Part shown: positions 53,238 to 61,996 of the stretch, one piece after another | Layout: every line of letters begins with the position of its first letter | How positions within the stretch are numbered: the stretch's first letter is position 1 | From: Alistipes sp. | GTDB lineage: Bacteria; Bacteroidota; Bacteroidia; Bacteroidales; Rikenellaceae | DNA: 64,000 bases | Direction of reading: 5' to 3' | NCBI GenBank assembly: GCA_031285345.1 | Contig: JAITWI010000008.1 | Coordinates: 36,111 to 100,110, forward strand | Made by a program: the position numbers and the translations under genes | Notes under the pieces: model-generated | The model's database searches: none | The model's input: only the letters and a program-made list of their open reading frames with translations | What the model was told of the DNA's origin: nothing

Positions 53238-55382
53238 ATGAAAAAGATATTATCATACATCTGTACGCTTGCGGCGACGGGTCTGTTGGTTGCAGGTTGC
53301 GCCACCGATCCGGCAAGCGAGGCTGCAAAAGGCAGCGGACGATTGGTGTTCGACATAGAGTTCGATGGCCAAATAGCCACCCGGGTCGATATTCCGGAGA
53401 ACGTGTCGATCAAGATCGGCATCCCCGAGGTGGGATATACCCATATCTACGAATCGCTGGACGACGTGCCCGAAGAGATGTGGCTGTCGAGCGGCGACTA
53501 CTTCATCGAAGTTGTGGCGGGTGATCCCACCGTGCCCGGATTCGAACAGAACATCAACCTTGCGGGCGGCGCCGACTTCACCATCACGGACGGTGAGGTG
53601 ACCCCCGTGGTGGTGAACTGCACGGTGGCCACGACCTTAGTTTCGATCAGTTTCGACGAGAGCGTGCCCGAATGGCTGACCGACTACTCGGTGACCATGT
53701 TCCCCGTGCCCGACGACGCGGCGACGACCCTTGTGTTCGATGCGACCAACGGCGGCCAGACCGCCTACTTCGACCTTGCACCCGAGCAGACCACCATGGC
53801 GTGGAAGTTCGAGGCCAACCACACCAACGAGGCCGAAGAGGAAGAGGTGTTGGTGGAGGGTGAGATGGTGGGGCTGAAGCGTGGCGCCAAATATTCGGCT
53901 ACGTTCAAATATACCTACTCCGAGAAGGAGGGCGGCCTTGCGCTGGTCGTGACGGTGGACGAGAGCACCGAAGATATCGGCACCGACATCATCATCCTGC
54001 AGAAGCCCGCCATCGAGGGTCACGACTTTGACGAACCGATAACTCCCGGCGAGAACCAAACCCTGCGCTTTACGGGCGCACAGTCCATCACGAGCATCGA
54101 CTTCTCGGGCTCGGTGTTCGGTGCCGGAGTGGAACTGCTCACAACCTTGGCCGAAGAGTTGGCCGAGTATGGAATCGAGGTCGCACCGATCGAAAAGGGC
54201 TACGAGGTTACGCTGTCGATGACCTTCTTCGAAAAGGTGGCTCTGTATGTGCCTGAGGTGCCCGCTCCCGGGACCCGCGCCGGCGGTGCCGTCGGCGAAC
54301 CGGTCGTAATCACGGCCACAGACCAGAGCGACAGGGTTACAGAGGTGAGCCTTGTGATGGGCGGCGCGGCGTTCGTAGTGGAACCTCCCGCGATCCACCT
54401 GTGGCCGACCAGCGCACGTTTGGCCGGTATCAACCTGACGGGCGAAGGAACGATTATGTTTGCATACCGACCCGAAGGCGCCGCCGAATGGACATTCGTT
54501 GACGGAGTGCTCACGGAAGGAATGCGCTACGAGGCTTCGGTGACGGGTCTTACCCCCGGCGCGAGATACGAACTCGACATCGAGCACGACGGCGCACTGT
54601 CGGGTGCGGTGAGGATATTCGCTTCGGCTACGCCTTACCCTTTATATAACGGAGGTTTCGAAAATTGGAACCAGAACGGAGGAGTGTGGTACGCCAACGC
54701 CGCCGGAACCAACTTCTGGGACAGCGGCAACAAGGGTACCGTGACTGCTCCGGTTGTGGGTAGCCCCAACAACAACATCACCACCGGAGTTAGCGAACCC
54801 CGTCCCGGTTCCGCGGGCATCAAGTCGGCGAAACTCGATTCGAATTGGTTCGGAGTGGCGGGTATGGGCGCTTTCGCCGCAGGTAACCTCTACACCGGAG
54901 AGTTCCTCGAAGCGAGGGCCAACCTGTCGAACCCGAGCGGACGGGTGAGCTTCGGCCGTCCCTTCACGGGGCGTCCCACCGCGATGAACGTCTGGTATAA
55001 GGGCTCGACCGGAAAGGTGGACTACGCCAAGGGCGGCGCTCCGCTCTCTGTCGGGCAGCAGGATGAGTATATCATTTTGGTGGCGCTGGTGGACGGCAAC
55101 TTCCCCCGCGTGGTGGATACAGCCGACTGGAACACCATATTCGACTGGGAAAACGACCAGGACGTGATCGCTTTCGGCCAGATGTACGGTTCGGATGCCG
55201 TCGACTGGACTTCCGCGTCCATCCCGCTGGTCTACCGCTCGCTCGACCGCGTGCCGACCCACATCGTGGTGCTGGCCTGCGCGAGCCGATATGGCGACTA
55301 CTTCACCGGCAGCACGTCGAGCGTGTTGTATGTGGACGACTTCGAACTGGTGTACGACGACAACGTGGTCGTGGCCGAGTAG
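53238..55382 (+). CDS. lipoprotein: DUF4493-like N-terminus, FN3-like domain, C-terminal PCMD (putative carbohydrate metabolism) domain
   Basis: The lipobox is LVAGC. GSGRLVFDIE is followed by ATRV. The FN3-like segment is AYRPEGAAEWTF...GLTPGARYEL. The PCMD-like segment reads YPLYNGGFENWN...FWDSGNKG...AAGNLYTGEF...GRPFTGRPTAMNVWYKG. Confidence 0.75.
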   Translation: MKKILSYICTLAATGLLVAGCATDPASEAAKGSGRLVFDIEFDGQIATRVDIPENVSIKIGIPEVGYTHIYESLDDVPEEMWLSSGDYFIEVVAGDPTVPGFEQNINLAGGADFTITDGEVTPVVVNCTVATTLVSISFDESVPEWLTDYSVTMFPVPDDAATTLVFDATNGGQTAYFDLAPEQTTMAWKFEANHTNEAEEEEVLVEGEMVGLKRGAKYSATFKYTYSEKEGGLALVVTVDESTEDIGTDIIILQKPAIEGHDFDEPITPGENQTLRFTGAQSITSIDFSGSVFGAGVELLTTLAEELAEYGIEVAPIEKGYEVTLSMTFFEKVALYVPEVPAPGTRAGGAVGEPVVITATDQSDRVTEVSLVMGGAAFVVEPPAIHLWPTSARLAGINLTGEGTIMFAYRPEGAAEWTFVDGVLTEGMRYEASVTGLTPGARYELDIEHDGALSGAVRIFASATPYPLYNGGFENWNQNGGVWYANAAGTNFWDSGNKGTVTAPVVGSPNNNITTGVSEPRPGSAGIKSAKLDSNWFGVAGMGAFAAGNLYTGEFLEARANLSNPSGRVSFGRPFTGRPTAMNVWYKGSTGKVDYAKGGAPLSVGQQDEYIILVALVDGNFPRVVDTADWNTIFDWENDQDVIAFGQMYGSDAVDWTSASIPLVYRSLDRVPTHIVVLACASRYGDYFTGSTSSVLYVDDFELVYDDNVVVAE

Positions 55383-55494
55383 ATACTTCGTCGGGGTGCC
55401 GTGCGGTGGGGCGTTTGTGCGCTGCCATGCGGCACTCCGATATAAAAAACCCAAACTGGCGCTGGTTTGCAGCGCGTTGTAGAAAGCAAAACAA

Positions 55495-56493
55495 ATGGTT
55501 GGTAAAATAGTAGCGGTGTTGGCGGCCGCCCTCGTAACGGGGGCGGCTAAGGCACAAATCATGGCGCAGGAGGTTTCGGAGGCGACTTCGAGAGCAACTC
55601 TTGCACAAACAGAGGTCGGAGCCGGGCTGAACGCCGGGGCTTCGGCGCAGGAAGGGACAGCGTCGGTTGGCGGCGATGGTGGCGGAATGTACGCCGACGC
55701 GCAGAAGGAGGGCACAATGTACGCCGACGCGCAGGCCAGGGCGATGGAGGGGATGGTGGCTCCGGGAATGAAGGAGCAGACGCGCCGCGAGAGGTTCGAC
55801 CGCGGGCTGGCGTTCGACACCAAAACGCCGTTCATGCCCAAGGGGCTGTGGGTGGCGGGAGTCAACGTGTCCTATTCGCAGCAGCAGAGTGCCGATTACA
55901 GGCTGCTTATTATCAGGGATATGGACATGGAGGGCAACACGTTCAACATCTCGCCCACGGTGCAGTATATGTTCGCCAACAACCAGTCGATCGGGGCGAG
56001 ATTCACGTACAGTCGCCACCTTATAGACATTCAAAACATGGAGTTTTCGTTCACCGACGAGTTGAACAGCATGATGTTCCCCGACGGCGTGCTGCACTAT
56101 AAGTATGAGGATCAGAGCTATATGGGCTACATAACCTATCGCTACTATGTGGGTTTCGGGGCCAGCAAAAGGCTGATCATGTTCAACGAGGTGCAGGCGG
56201 GTTTCGGTGGCGGACAGCAGAGGGAACTCAGCGGATGGAACGACGACAAGACGGGTTACAGGTTCGGAACGTACCAAAATTCGTTCAGCTTTAGGCTCGG
56301 GCTCGCTCCGGGTATGACATTTTTCGTGACCAACGTGTTCGCCGTGGAGGTGCAGATGGGGCTGTTGGGCTACGAATTCAAGCGGCAAACCCAGACCGGC
56401 ACCAATCTGGAGCTCTCGACCCGCAAGTCGAGCAACATCTCGTCGAGGTTCGACTTTTTGTCGATAGCTTTCGGGACGACGTTTTATCTCTAA
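55495..56493 (+). CDS. small outer-membrane beta-barrel protein
   Basis: It has an SPI-type signal peptide ending AAKAQ and an N-terminal low-complexity region containing a 30-bp tandem repeat (MYADAQ x2). About 230 aa of alternating strands follow, ending FGTTFYL. Confidence 0.65.
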   Translation: MVGKIVAVLAAALVTGAAKAQIMAQEVSEATSRATLAQTEVGAGLNAGASAQEGTASVGGDGGGMYADAQKEGTMYADAQARAMEGMVAPGMKEQTRRERFDRGLAFDTKTPFMPKGLWVAGVNVSYSQQQSADYRLLIIRDMDMEGNTFNISPTVQYMFANNQSIGARFTYSRHLIDIQNMEFSFTDELNSMMFPDGVLHYKYEDQSYMGYITYRYYVGFGASKRLIMFNEVQAGFGGGQQRELSGWNDDKTGYRFGTYQNSFSFRLGLAPGMTFFVTNVFAVEVQMGLLGYEFKRQTQTGTNLELSTRKSSNISSRFDFLSIAFGTTFYL

Positions 56494-56505
56494 TACTTTG
56501 CGGCG

Positions 56506-58332
56506 ATGAGGGTCGGGAAACATATATGGGTGGCTTTGATGGCTGGTCGGATCGTGATGGCGGCAGTCTCGGCGATTGCGCTTGTCGGATGCGGCATGGG
56601 GTCGGAGACGCCGGCGCCGGGTGTGGCGGGCGAGATAGTGGCGATGGAGTTCGAGGGGGCTGTCGGCGAGGCGACGATAAACGGCGCGCGGCGAACGGTG
56701 GAGGTGGTGTTAGGCGAGGCGGTGGATTTGCGCGAGGTGAAGATCGCGGCCATAGAGGTGACCGAGGGCGGGGTGTGCGGCCTTGCGGCGGGAGACGTGT
56801 TGGATCTGACGCAGCCGCTGACGGTGACGGTCAAAACCACGTCGGCGTATGAGTGGACAGTCTCGGCGGTGCAGGATGTGGAGTATCGCTTCGGGGTGGA
56901 GGGGCAGATAGGCGAGACGCTCTTCGAGATGCACACCCGCAGCGTGTTCGCATTCGTGCCCGGGGGGACCGACCTGACGGCGGTGACGATACTCGATCTG
57001 AAACTCGCTCCGGAGGGTGTGCAGGCAATATATAACCCGTCGCTCGAATCGCTCATGTCTGAGCCGCAGCCGTTCATCACCACCGAGCAGGGCGGCGAGG
57101 CGGTGTGCGAGATAGAGGTGAGTTACCGCGACGTGACTGAAAAATGGTATCTGCACGTCACGCAGAGCAATGTGATGGTGGAGCGGGTGAACCCGTTCGC
57201 GCGTAAGGCGTATCTGTCGGCCTTCGGGTCTGAGGATCAGGTTCACGGATTCGAATATCGCTCCGCCGCGGGATTCGATCCTGCGGCCGCCGAAGAGGAT
57301 CAGGGTTGGATACGCATTGCGGGCGAACAGATAACGGAGGGCGAGAACGGAGCATTCTCGGCAACCCTGACCGACCTTAGTCCCGACACCGAATACTTTG
57401 TGAGGGCCTTCTCAGGCGAGGACAGATGCGAGTATCGCGAATTCATGACCGTGGAGGAGCGGGAGTTGCCCGGCGCGAGCTTCGAAGAGTGGAGCTGGGG
57501 GGTGGATGACAAAAAATCGGAAGACGGGTCGCTCAAAAACGTCGAGGCGTGGGCTCCTTGGGCCGAGGGTGCGCAGTGGGAGGTGAATCGCTGGTGGGAC
57601 ACGGGTAACAGGGGTGTGGCGTTCGTGGACAGAGACGGCGGCGGCAACTCGCTGCGCGACGAAAACGGATACAGAGGCAACGGCGCCGTGTTGGAGACGC
57701 GCTGGGCGGTGGTCAAAGTGGCGGGCGGAAACATATACTTCGGCGAGTTCGGCGAGATGTACGGCATGAACGCCACCTGCCGGTTGGGGCACAACTGGAC
57801 GACCAAACCCACCGGATTGAAAGGCTTCTACAAATATTTTCCGCAGCCAGTTAACCGCGTGAGCGAAGAGCACCGCAAGCTGCACCCATACAGATTCTCG
57901 ACCGAAAAGTGGATGAACTCGCCCGACTCGCTGCACGTGTGCGTGGCGCTGTGGGCGTCGCCCGACGGACGGGATATTCCGTTCCAGGTGAACACGGTTA
58001 CGGATAACGGAGGGGCCGAATTCGTGGACTTCTCGCGCGATGCGGACGGCGTGATAGCCTACGGTGCCTTTGTGAGCCCCGACGAGCAGGCCGCGTGGAG
58101 CGAGTTCAACATCGAGATGGACTACCTCGACCAGAGCGAAATGTCGCGCACGACCGTTAACTACCTGAAGCGCAACAACTACTTCTCGACCGGAGTGCTA
58201 CCGCCCAACACACAGCTATATCTGCTGATCACGGCGAGCAAAAACTGCAACTACTTTATAGCCGGGACGGGTGGTGGAGGCACGGCCGGAAGCACCATGC
58301 ATGTGGACGAGTTGGAGATGATATACGAGTAG
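56506..58332 (+). CDS. PCMD-domain lipoprotein with N-terminal Ig-like and FN3-like domains
   Basis: The lipobox is ALVGCG. The FN3-like segment is FEYRSAAGF...LTDLSPDTEYFVRAF. The PCMD-like segment reads LPGASFEEWS...WWDTGNRG...AGGNIYFGEF...TTKPTGLKGFYKYFP. Confidence 0.75.
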   Translation: MRVGKHIWVALMAGRIVMAAVSAIALVGCGMGSETPAPGVAGEIVAMEFEGAVGEATINGARRTVEVVLGEAVDLREVKIAAIEVTEGGVCGLAAGDVLDLTQPLTVTVKTTSAYEWTVSAVQDVEYRFGVEGQIGETLFEMHTRSVFAFVPGGTDLTAVTILDLKLAPEGVQAIYNPSLESLMSEPQPFITTEQGGEAVCEIEVSYRDVTEKWYLHVTQSNVMVERVNPFARKAYLSAFGSEDQVHGFEYRSAAGFDPAAAEEDQGWIRIAGEQITEGENGAFSATLTDLSPDTEYFVRAFSGEDRCEYREFMTVEERELPGASFEEWSWGVDDKKSEDGSLKNVEAWAPWAEGAQWEVNRWWDTGNRGVAFVDRDGGGNSLRDENGYRGNGAVLETRWAVVKVAGGNIYFGEFGEMYGMNATCRLGHNWTTKPTGLKGFYKYFPQPVNRVSEEHRKLHPYRFSTEKWMNSPDSLHVCVALWASPDGRDIPFQVNTVTDNGGAEFVDFSRDADGVIAYGAFVSPDEQAAWSEFNIEMDYLDQSEMSRTTVNYLKRNNYFSTGVLPPNTQLYLLITASKNCNYFIAGTGGGGTAGSTMHVDELEMIYE

Positions 58333-58351
58333 TTACAAATTACTATCACGA

Positions 58352-59158
58352 ATGAAAAGAGTTGTTTTATATACTGTTTTAGGGTTTATTCTGGCCGGAT
58401 GTGCGCGCGAAGCCGATATGACGCGCGTGGCGGAGGACGAAGGTTACGGCACGCTCGACCTGGGCGGAGTAACTTTTTCGGCTGCCGAAGAGGTTGCAGG
58501 TCTGACGCGGGCTGCTGAGGCTTCGGGGACGCGGGAAGCCGCTCCGGGCATGACTCGGGCGGTGGACGCGTCGGATTTCGAGGTGAAGATATGGCGGCAA
58601 AGGCGCGAGGGCGAGGAACTTGTGGAGGGTTTGCCGGCGACGGTGGCGGGATTTGCCGCGCCTGTGACGCTTCCGGTGGCCGACTATCGCATCGAGGTGC
58701 GTTCGGCAGGCGAGGCTCAGGCGGCGGCTTTCGACGCCCCGTGGTATGTGGGCGAGGTCGAGTTTTCGATCTTGCGCGACCAGACCGTCAGCCCCGAGGT
58801 GGTGTGCCGACAGGCGAACGGCAGAGTGACGGTGCGTTACGGATTTAGTCTGATTGAAGAATTTTGGAATCCGGCTGCGGTGTCGACCTCCGTCACGATG
58901 GGCGAAAACTCGCTGGAGTTTCCTTTCGGCGAATTGCGCGGCGGATATCTGTGGGTGACCGAGCCGACCGAGGTGAACGTTGTCTTTACGGGCGAGGTGA
59001 GCGGCAATTTCACACAAATAGACCAAACTGTGACAGTCTCGCCCGGCGGCTGGACGAGGGTGCGGTTGGTGTTGGAGAACGACGAGTCGTTTCCGATAAT
59101 AGTGGTCGACAACGACGAAAACGGGGCGGGGCAGATAGGCGATGGCGAGTCGTGGTAG
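58352..59158 (+). CDS. DUF4493-like lipoprotein
   Basis: The lipobox is ILAGCA. GYGTLDLGG is followed by LTRAAEASGTREAAPGMTRAVDASDFEVKI and then ADYRIEVRS. Confidence 0.72.
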   Translation: MKRVVLYTVLGFILAGCAREADMTRVAEDEGYGTLDLGGVTFSAAEEVAGLTRAAEASGTREAAPGMTRAVDASDFEVKIWRQRREGEELVEGLPATVAGFAAPVTLPVADYRIEVRSAGEAQAAAFDAPWYVGEVEFSILRDQTVSPEVVCRQANGRVTVRYGFSLIEEFWNPAAVSTSVTMGENSLEFPFGELRGGYLWVTEPTEVNVVFTGEVSGNFTQIDQTVTVSPGGWTRVRLVLENDESFPIIVVDNDENGAGQIGDGESW

Positions 59159-59178
59159 TAATTAAGAGAGATTTTGAG

Positions 59179-60750
59179 ATGAAAAACATAGCAATTCGGT
59201 TCGCCTTCGGGGCTTTGGCGATTTCGTCGGGATGGATTTTGTCGGGATGTGCCGAAAACGGCGGATTCGACGATGTGGTACCCGGAGGGGGAGATGAGCG
59301 GCGCTTTGGAGTGACGGTCGGTGGGGAGACGGTCGACAAGCCCGATGTCGAAAACGCGACGGGCACGCGCGCGGAATCTTGGGATTCGAGTGGCGGCGAT
59401 ATGGCTGGCGGCACGCGTGCGGAGTACGACCCGGGCGCAGCGGGAGCGGAGTATTTGTGGTCGCCGGGCGACGAGGTGGGATTGTTTATGGTGCCGACGG
59501 GTGGCAGCGAGCCCGTGGTGGCCAATTCGCCCCTCAGGAGCCTGAACACCGTGCCGCAGCGGTACGCCGAGTTCGACGGAGAGTTGACGGGCGAGGAGAT
59601 CGGGCGGATAGATCCCGCGGTGAAATATGACTACTATTCGTATTATCCCTATTCTGCGGCGGCTTCGGCGACTTTCGAGGCGGGCGCACCGAAGGTGACG
59701 TTCGCGATGCCGGCGGCGATAGACGTTGCGCCCGGTGTGTTCCCGGTCGAATATGGATTTATGTACGCTACGCCCGAGTTGACGCCTGCCGGTGAGAGGC
59801 CGCTGACGTGGTTGGAGAACGGACAGCAGCGTTTCGGCGAGAAGGTGGGCTTCGGCTACAATCACGCCTTCGCGTGGTTGGAGGTGTCGCTGGCGCTCAA
59901 CCTTATGTCGCAGCCGGTGACGCAGATAGTGGTGACGTGCGCCGACGGGGCGATGTCGGGGGTGGCTAACGTGAATTTACGGAACGGGGCTATGGAGTTT
60001 GCCGCCGGATCGTCGAACTCGCTGACGGTCAATATCGAAGGCGGGATGGATATTCGTAGCGCGACCGACTACGACTCCATTTGGATTCCGATAAATCCGG
60101 CGCTGGCGAATCGCAACTTTACTTTCGAGTTTAGGTCGGCGGCGGGGGCTTCGTCGGTTTTGACGCGTCAGGGCGGCGCTTTGCAGGCAGGGATGAAGCA
60201 CAAGGCGGCGATGAAGGTGCCGTTTAGGGTCAATTTCGCAGGAATAGTCGGCAGGAACGACACTTACGGAGGGGACAACATAACCCATTGGGGGTATAGT
60301 TTTTGGAAATCGGGGGTCAATACCGCTCCGAATATGAAAGGGCTTGTGGGTAACAGCGAAGACTTCAACCCCTTCAAGGTAGACGGAGACTGCCGCGTCA
60401 TTTATTTTGCCCCGGCCGTAGGAATGTTCTCCGGTACCTCCGGAGAACTCGAAGCGCCTGAGTTTAAGTTGGTCAACTCGCTCGGACTGACCGACGTGAG
60501 GGTAAAGGTGACGTTCGCCGCCTCGGGGAATGCTGTGAGCGGGAATGATAGAATTATGAGACACGGATTTACAAAAAGCGGTATAGGCAGCAACCTTACC
60601 GGACAGACTACGCTCGATAGGACAACGGCAAAGGAGTACTCTTTTACCGGCACGCTTAATTCGACCACACCCAATGTCAAGTTTAGGGGGGAGACTTGGG
60701 GGTACTATTTTATATATATGCACGAGATAAGGGTGGAGTACGCCGAGTAG
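59179..60750 (+). CDS. fimbrillin-family (Mfa-like) lipoprotein
   Basis: The lipobox is ILSGCA. GTRAE occurs twice. WSPGDEVGLFMV and NHAFAWLEVSL are typical of the Bacteroidales fimbrillin family. The ATG at 59179 lies within the longer listed ORF. Confidence 0.75.
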   Translation: MKNIAIRFAFGALAISSGWILSGCAENGGFDDVVPGGGDERRFGVTVGGETVDKPDVENATGTRAESWDSSGGDMAGGTRAEYDPGAAGAEYLWSPGDEVGLFMVPTGGSEPVVANSPLRSLNTVPQRYAEFDGELTGEEIGRIDPAVKYDYYSYYPYSAAASATFEAGAPKVTFAMPAAIDVAPGVFPVEYGFMYATPELTPAGERPLTWLENGQQRFGEKVGFGYNHAFAWLEVSLALNLMSQPVTQIVVTCADGAMSGVANVNLRNGAMEFAAGSSNSLTVNIEGGMDIRSATDYDSIWIPINPALANRNFTFEFRSAAGASSVLTRQGGALQAGMKHKAAMKVPFRVNFAGIVGRNDTYGGDNITHWGYSFWKSGVNTAPNMKGLVGNSEDFNPFKVDGDCRVIYFAPAVGMFSGTSGELEAPEFKLVNSLGLTDVRVKVTFAASGNAVSGNDRIMRHGFTKSGIGSNLTGQTTLDRTTAKEYSFTGTLNSTTPNVKFRGETWGYYFIYMHEIRVEYAE

Positions 60751-60784
60751 TTTCGCGACCGATTGTTAAACCGCAACAGTTTTT

Positions 60785-60820
60785 GCCGCCTTACCCGTTC
60801 GTGGTGAGGCGGCTTTTTTT
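60785..60820 (+). terminator. Rho-independent terminator closing the surface locus
   Basis: An 11-bp stem pairs gccgccttacc with ggtgaggcggc around the loop cgttcgt, followed by T7. Confidence 0.75.
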
Positions 60821-60886
60821 GTGGATTTTGGCGGTTCGAACTGAATTTTGTATCTTTGTTGGATAGTCGAAATTAAACGCAGAGAG

Positions 60887-61963
60887 ATGAAAAAATCGTA
60901 CAACAGATGGATAGCCCTGGGGGTGATGGCACTGATAGTGACGGGAGTGGTGCTGTGGAGATTCGTGTGGCAGCCAACGGTGGCCGACGGCGATGCGCCG
61001 CAGCGTGGACGGGGCGCCCAGGGGCCGCTCAGCGTGCAGGGAATGGTGATCGGGCAGCAGCCACTGTCGTTCGCGCTCGACAACATCACCGCCACCGTGA
61101 CGGCCGACGAGGAGGTCGATCTGGCGTTCGAGGCGTCGGGAAAGATCACCGCCATCCATTTTCGCGAAGACACCGGCGTGCGCAAGGGTCAGTTGCTGGC
61201 CAAGATAAACGACGCGCCGTTGCAGGCTCAGCTCAAAAAACTTGAGGCGCAGGTGAAACTCTCCGAGGACAGGCTCTACCGCCAGAGCGAACTGCTGGAG
61301 CGCGACGCCGTCAGCCGCGAGGCGTACGAACAGGCAAAGACCGAGCTGGCTATGTTGCAGGCCGATATCGACCTTGTGAAGGCCAATATCGCCCAGACCG
61401 AACTGAGGGCGCCGTTCGACGGGGTGATCGGGTTTCGCTACGTGAGCGAGGGAGCCAACGTGTCGCCCACCACCACCGTGGCGAGGCTCTCTAAGATCGT
61501 GCCGCTCAAACTCAACTTCGCCGTCTCGGAGCGCTATGTGGACGCCGTGCGGCAGGGAACCAAGGTGCGCTTCACGGTGGACGGATATCTGGACGCGTTC
61601 GACGCCGAGGTGTACGCCGTGTCGTCGGAGGTGGATATGGCCACCAGGCAGTTGGATGTGAAGGCGCTCTATCCCAACTACCGCGGGCAGTTGATGCCCG
61701 GTCGTTACGCCGCCGTGTCGATAGTGCTCTACGAACAGGACAACGCGATGGTGATCCCGGCCGAGGCCTTAGTCAAGGAGATGGGGGTCGATAAGGTCTA
61801 TGTGTACCGCGGCGGGAAGGCGGAGGGCACCGCCATCACCGCCGGTCAGCGCACCGATTCGCAGATAGAGGTGGTGATGGGACTTATGCCCGGCGACACC
61901 CTCATTACCACCGGCACGCTGCAACTTCGCGAGGGGCTGGCGGTGGAGTTGGAGAATCTTTAA
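60887..61963 (+). CDS. efflux RND transporter periplasmic adaptor subunit
   Basis: It has an N-terminal TM or signal sequence and a coiled-coil hairpin (LQAQLKKLEAQVKLSEDRLYRQSELL). The barrel motif TELRAPFDGVIG is present. Confidence 0.88.
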   Translation: MKKSYNRWIALGVMALIVTGVVLWRFVWQPTVADGDAPQRGRGAQGPLSVQGMVIGQQPLSFALDNITATVTADEEVDLAFEASGKITAIHFREDTGVRKGQLLAKINDAPLQAQLKKLEAQVKLSEDRLYRQSELLERDAVSREAYEQAKTELAMLQADIDLVKANIAQTELRAPFDGVIGFRYVSEGANVSPTTTVARLSKIVPLKLNFAVSERYVDAVRQGTKVRFTVDGYLDAFDAEVYAVSSEVDMATRQLDVKALYPNYRGQLMPGRYAAVSIVLYEQDNAMVIPAEALVKEMGVDKVYVYRGGKAEGTAITAGQRTDSQIEVVMGLMPGDTLITTGTLQLREGLAVELENL

Positions 61964-61996
61964 CCCGCGGCGAAAAACACGTAACTTGCAGTAGAG

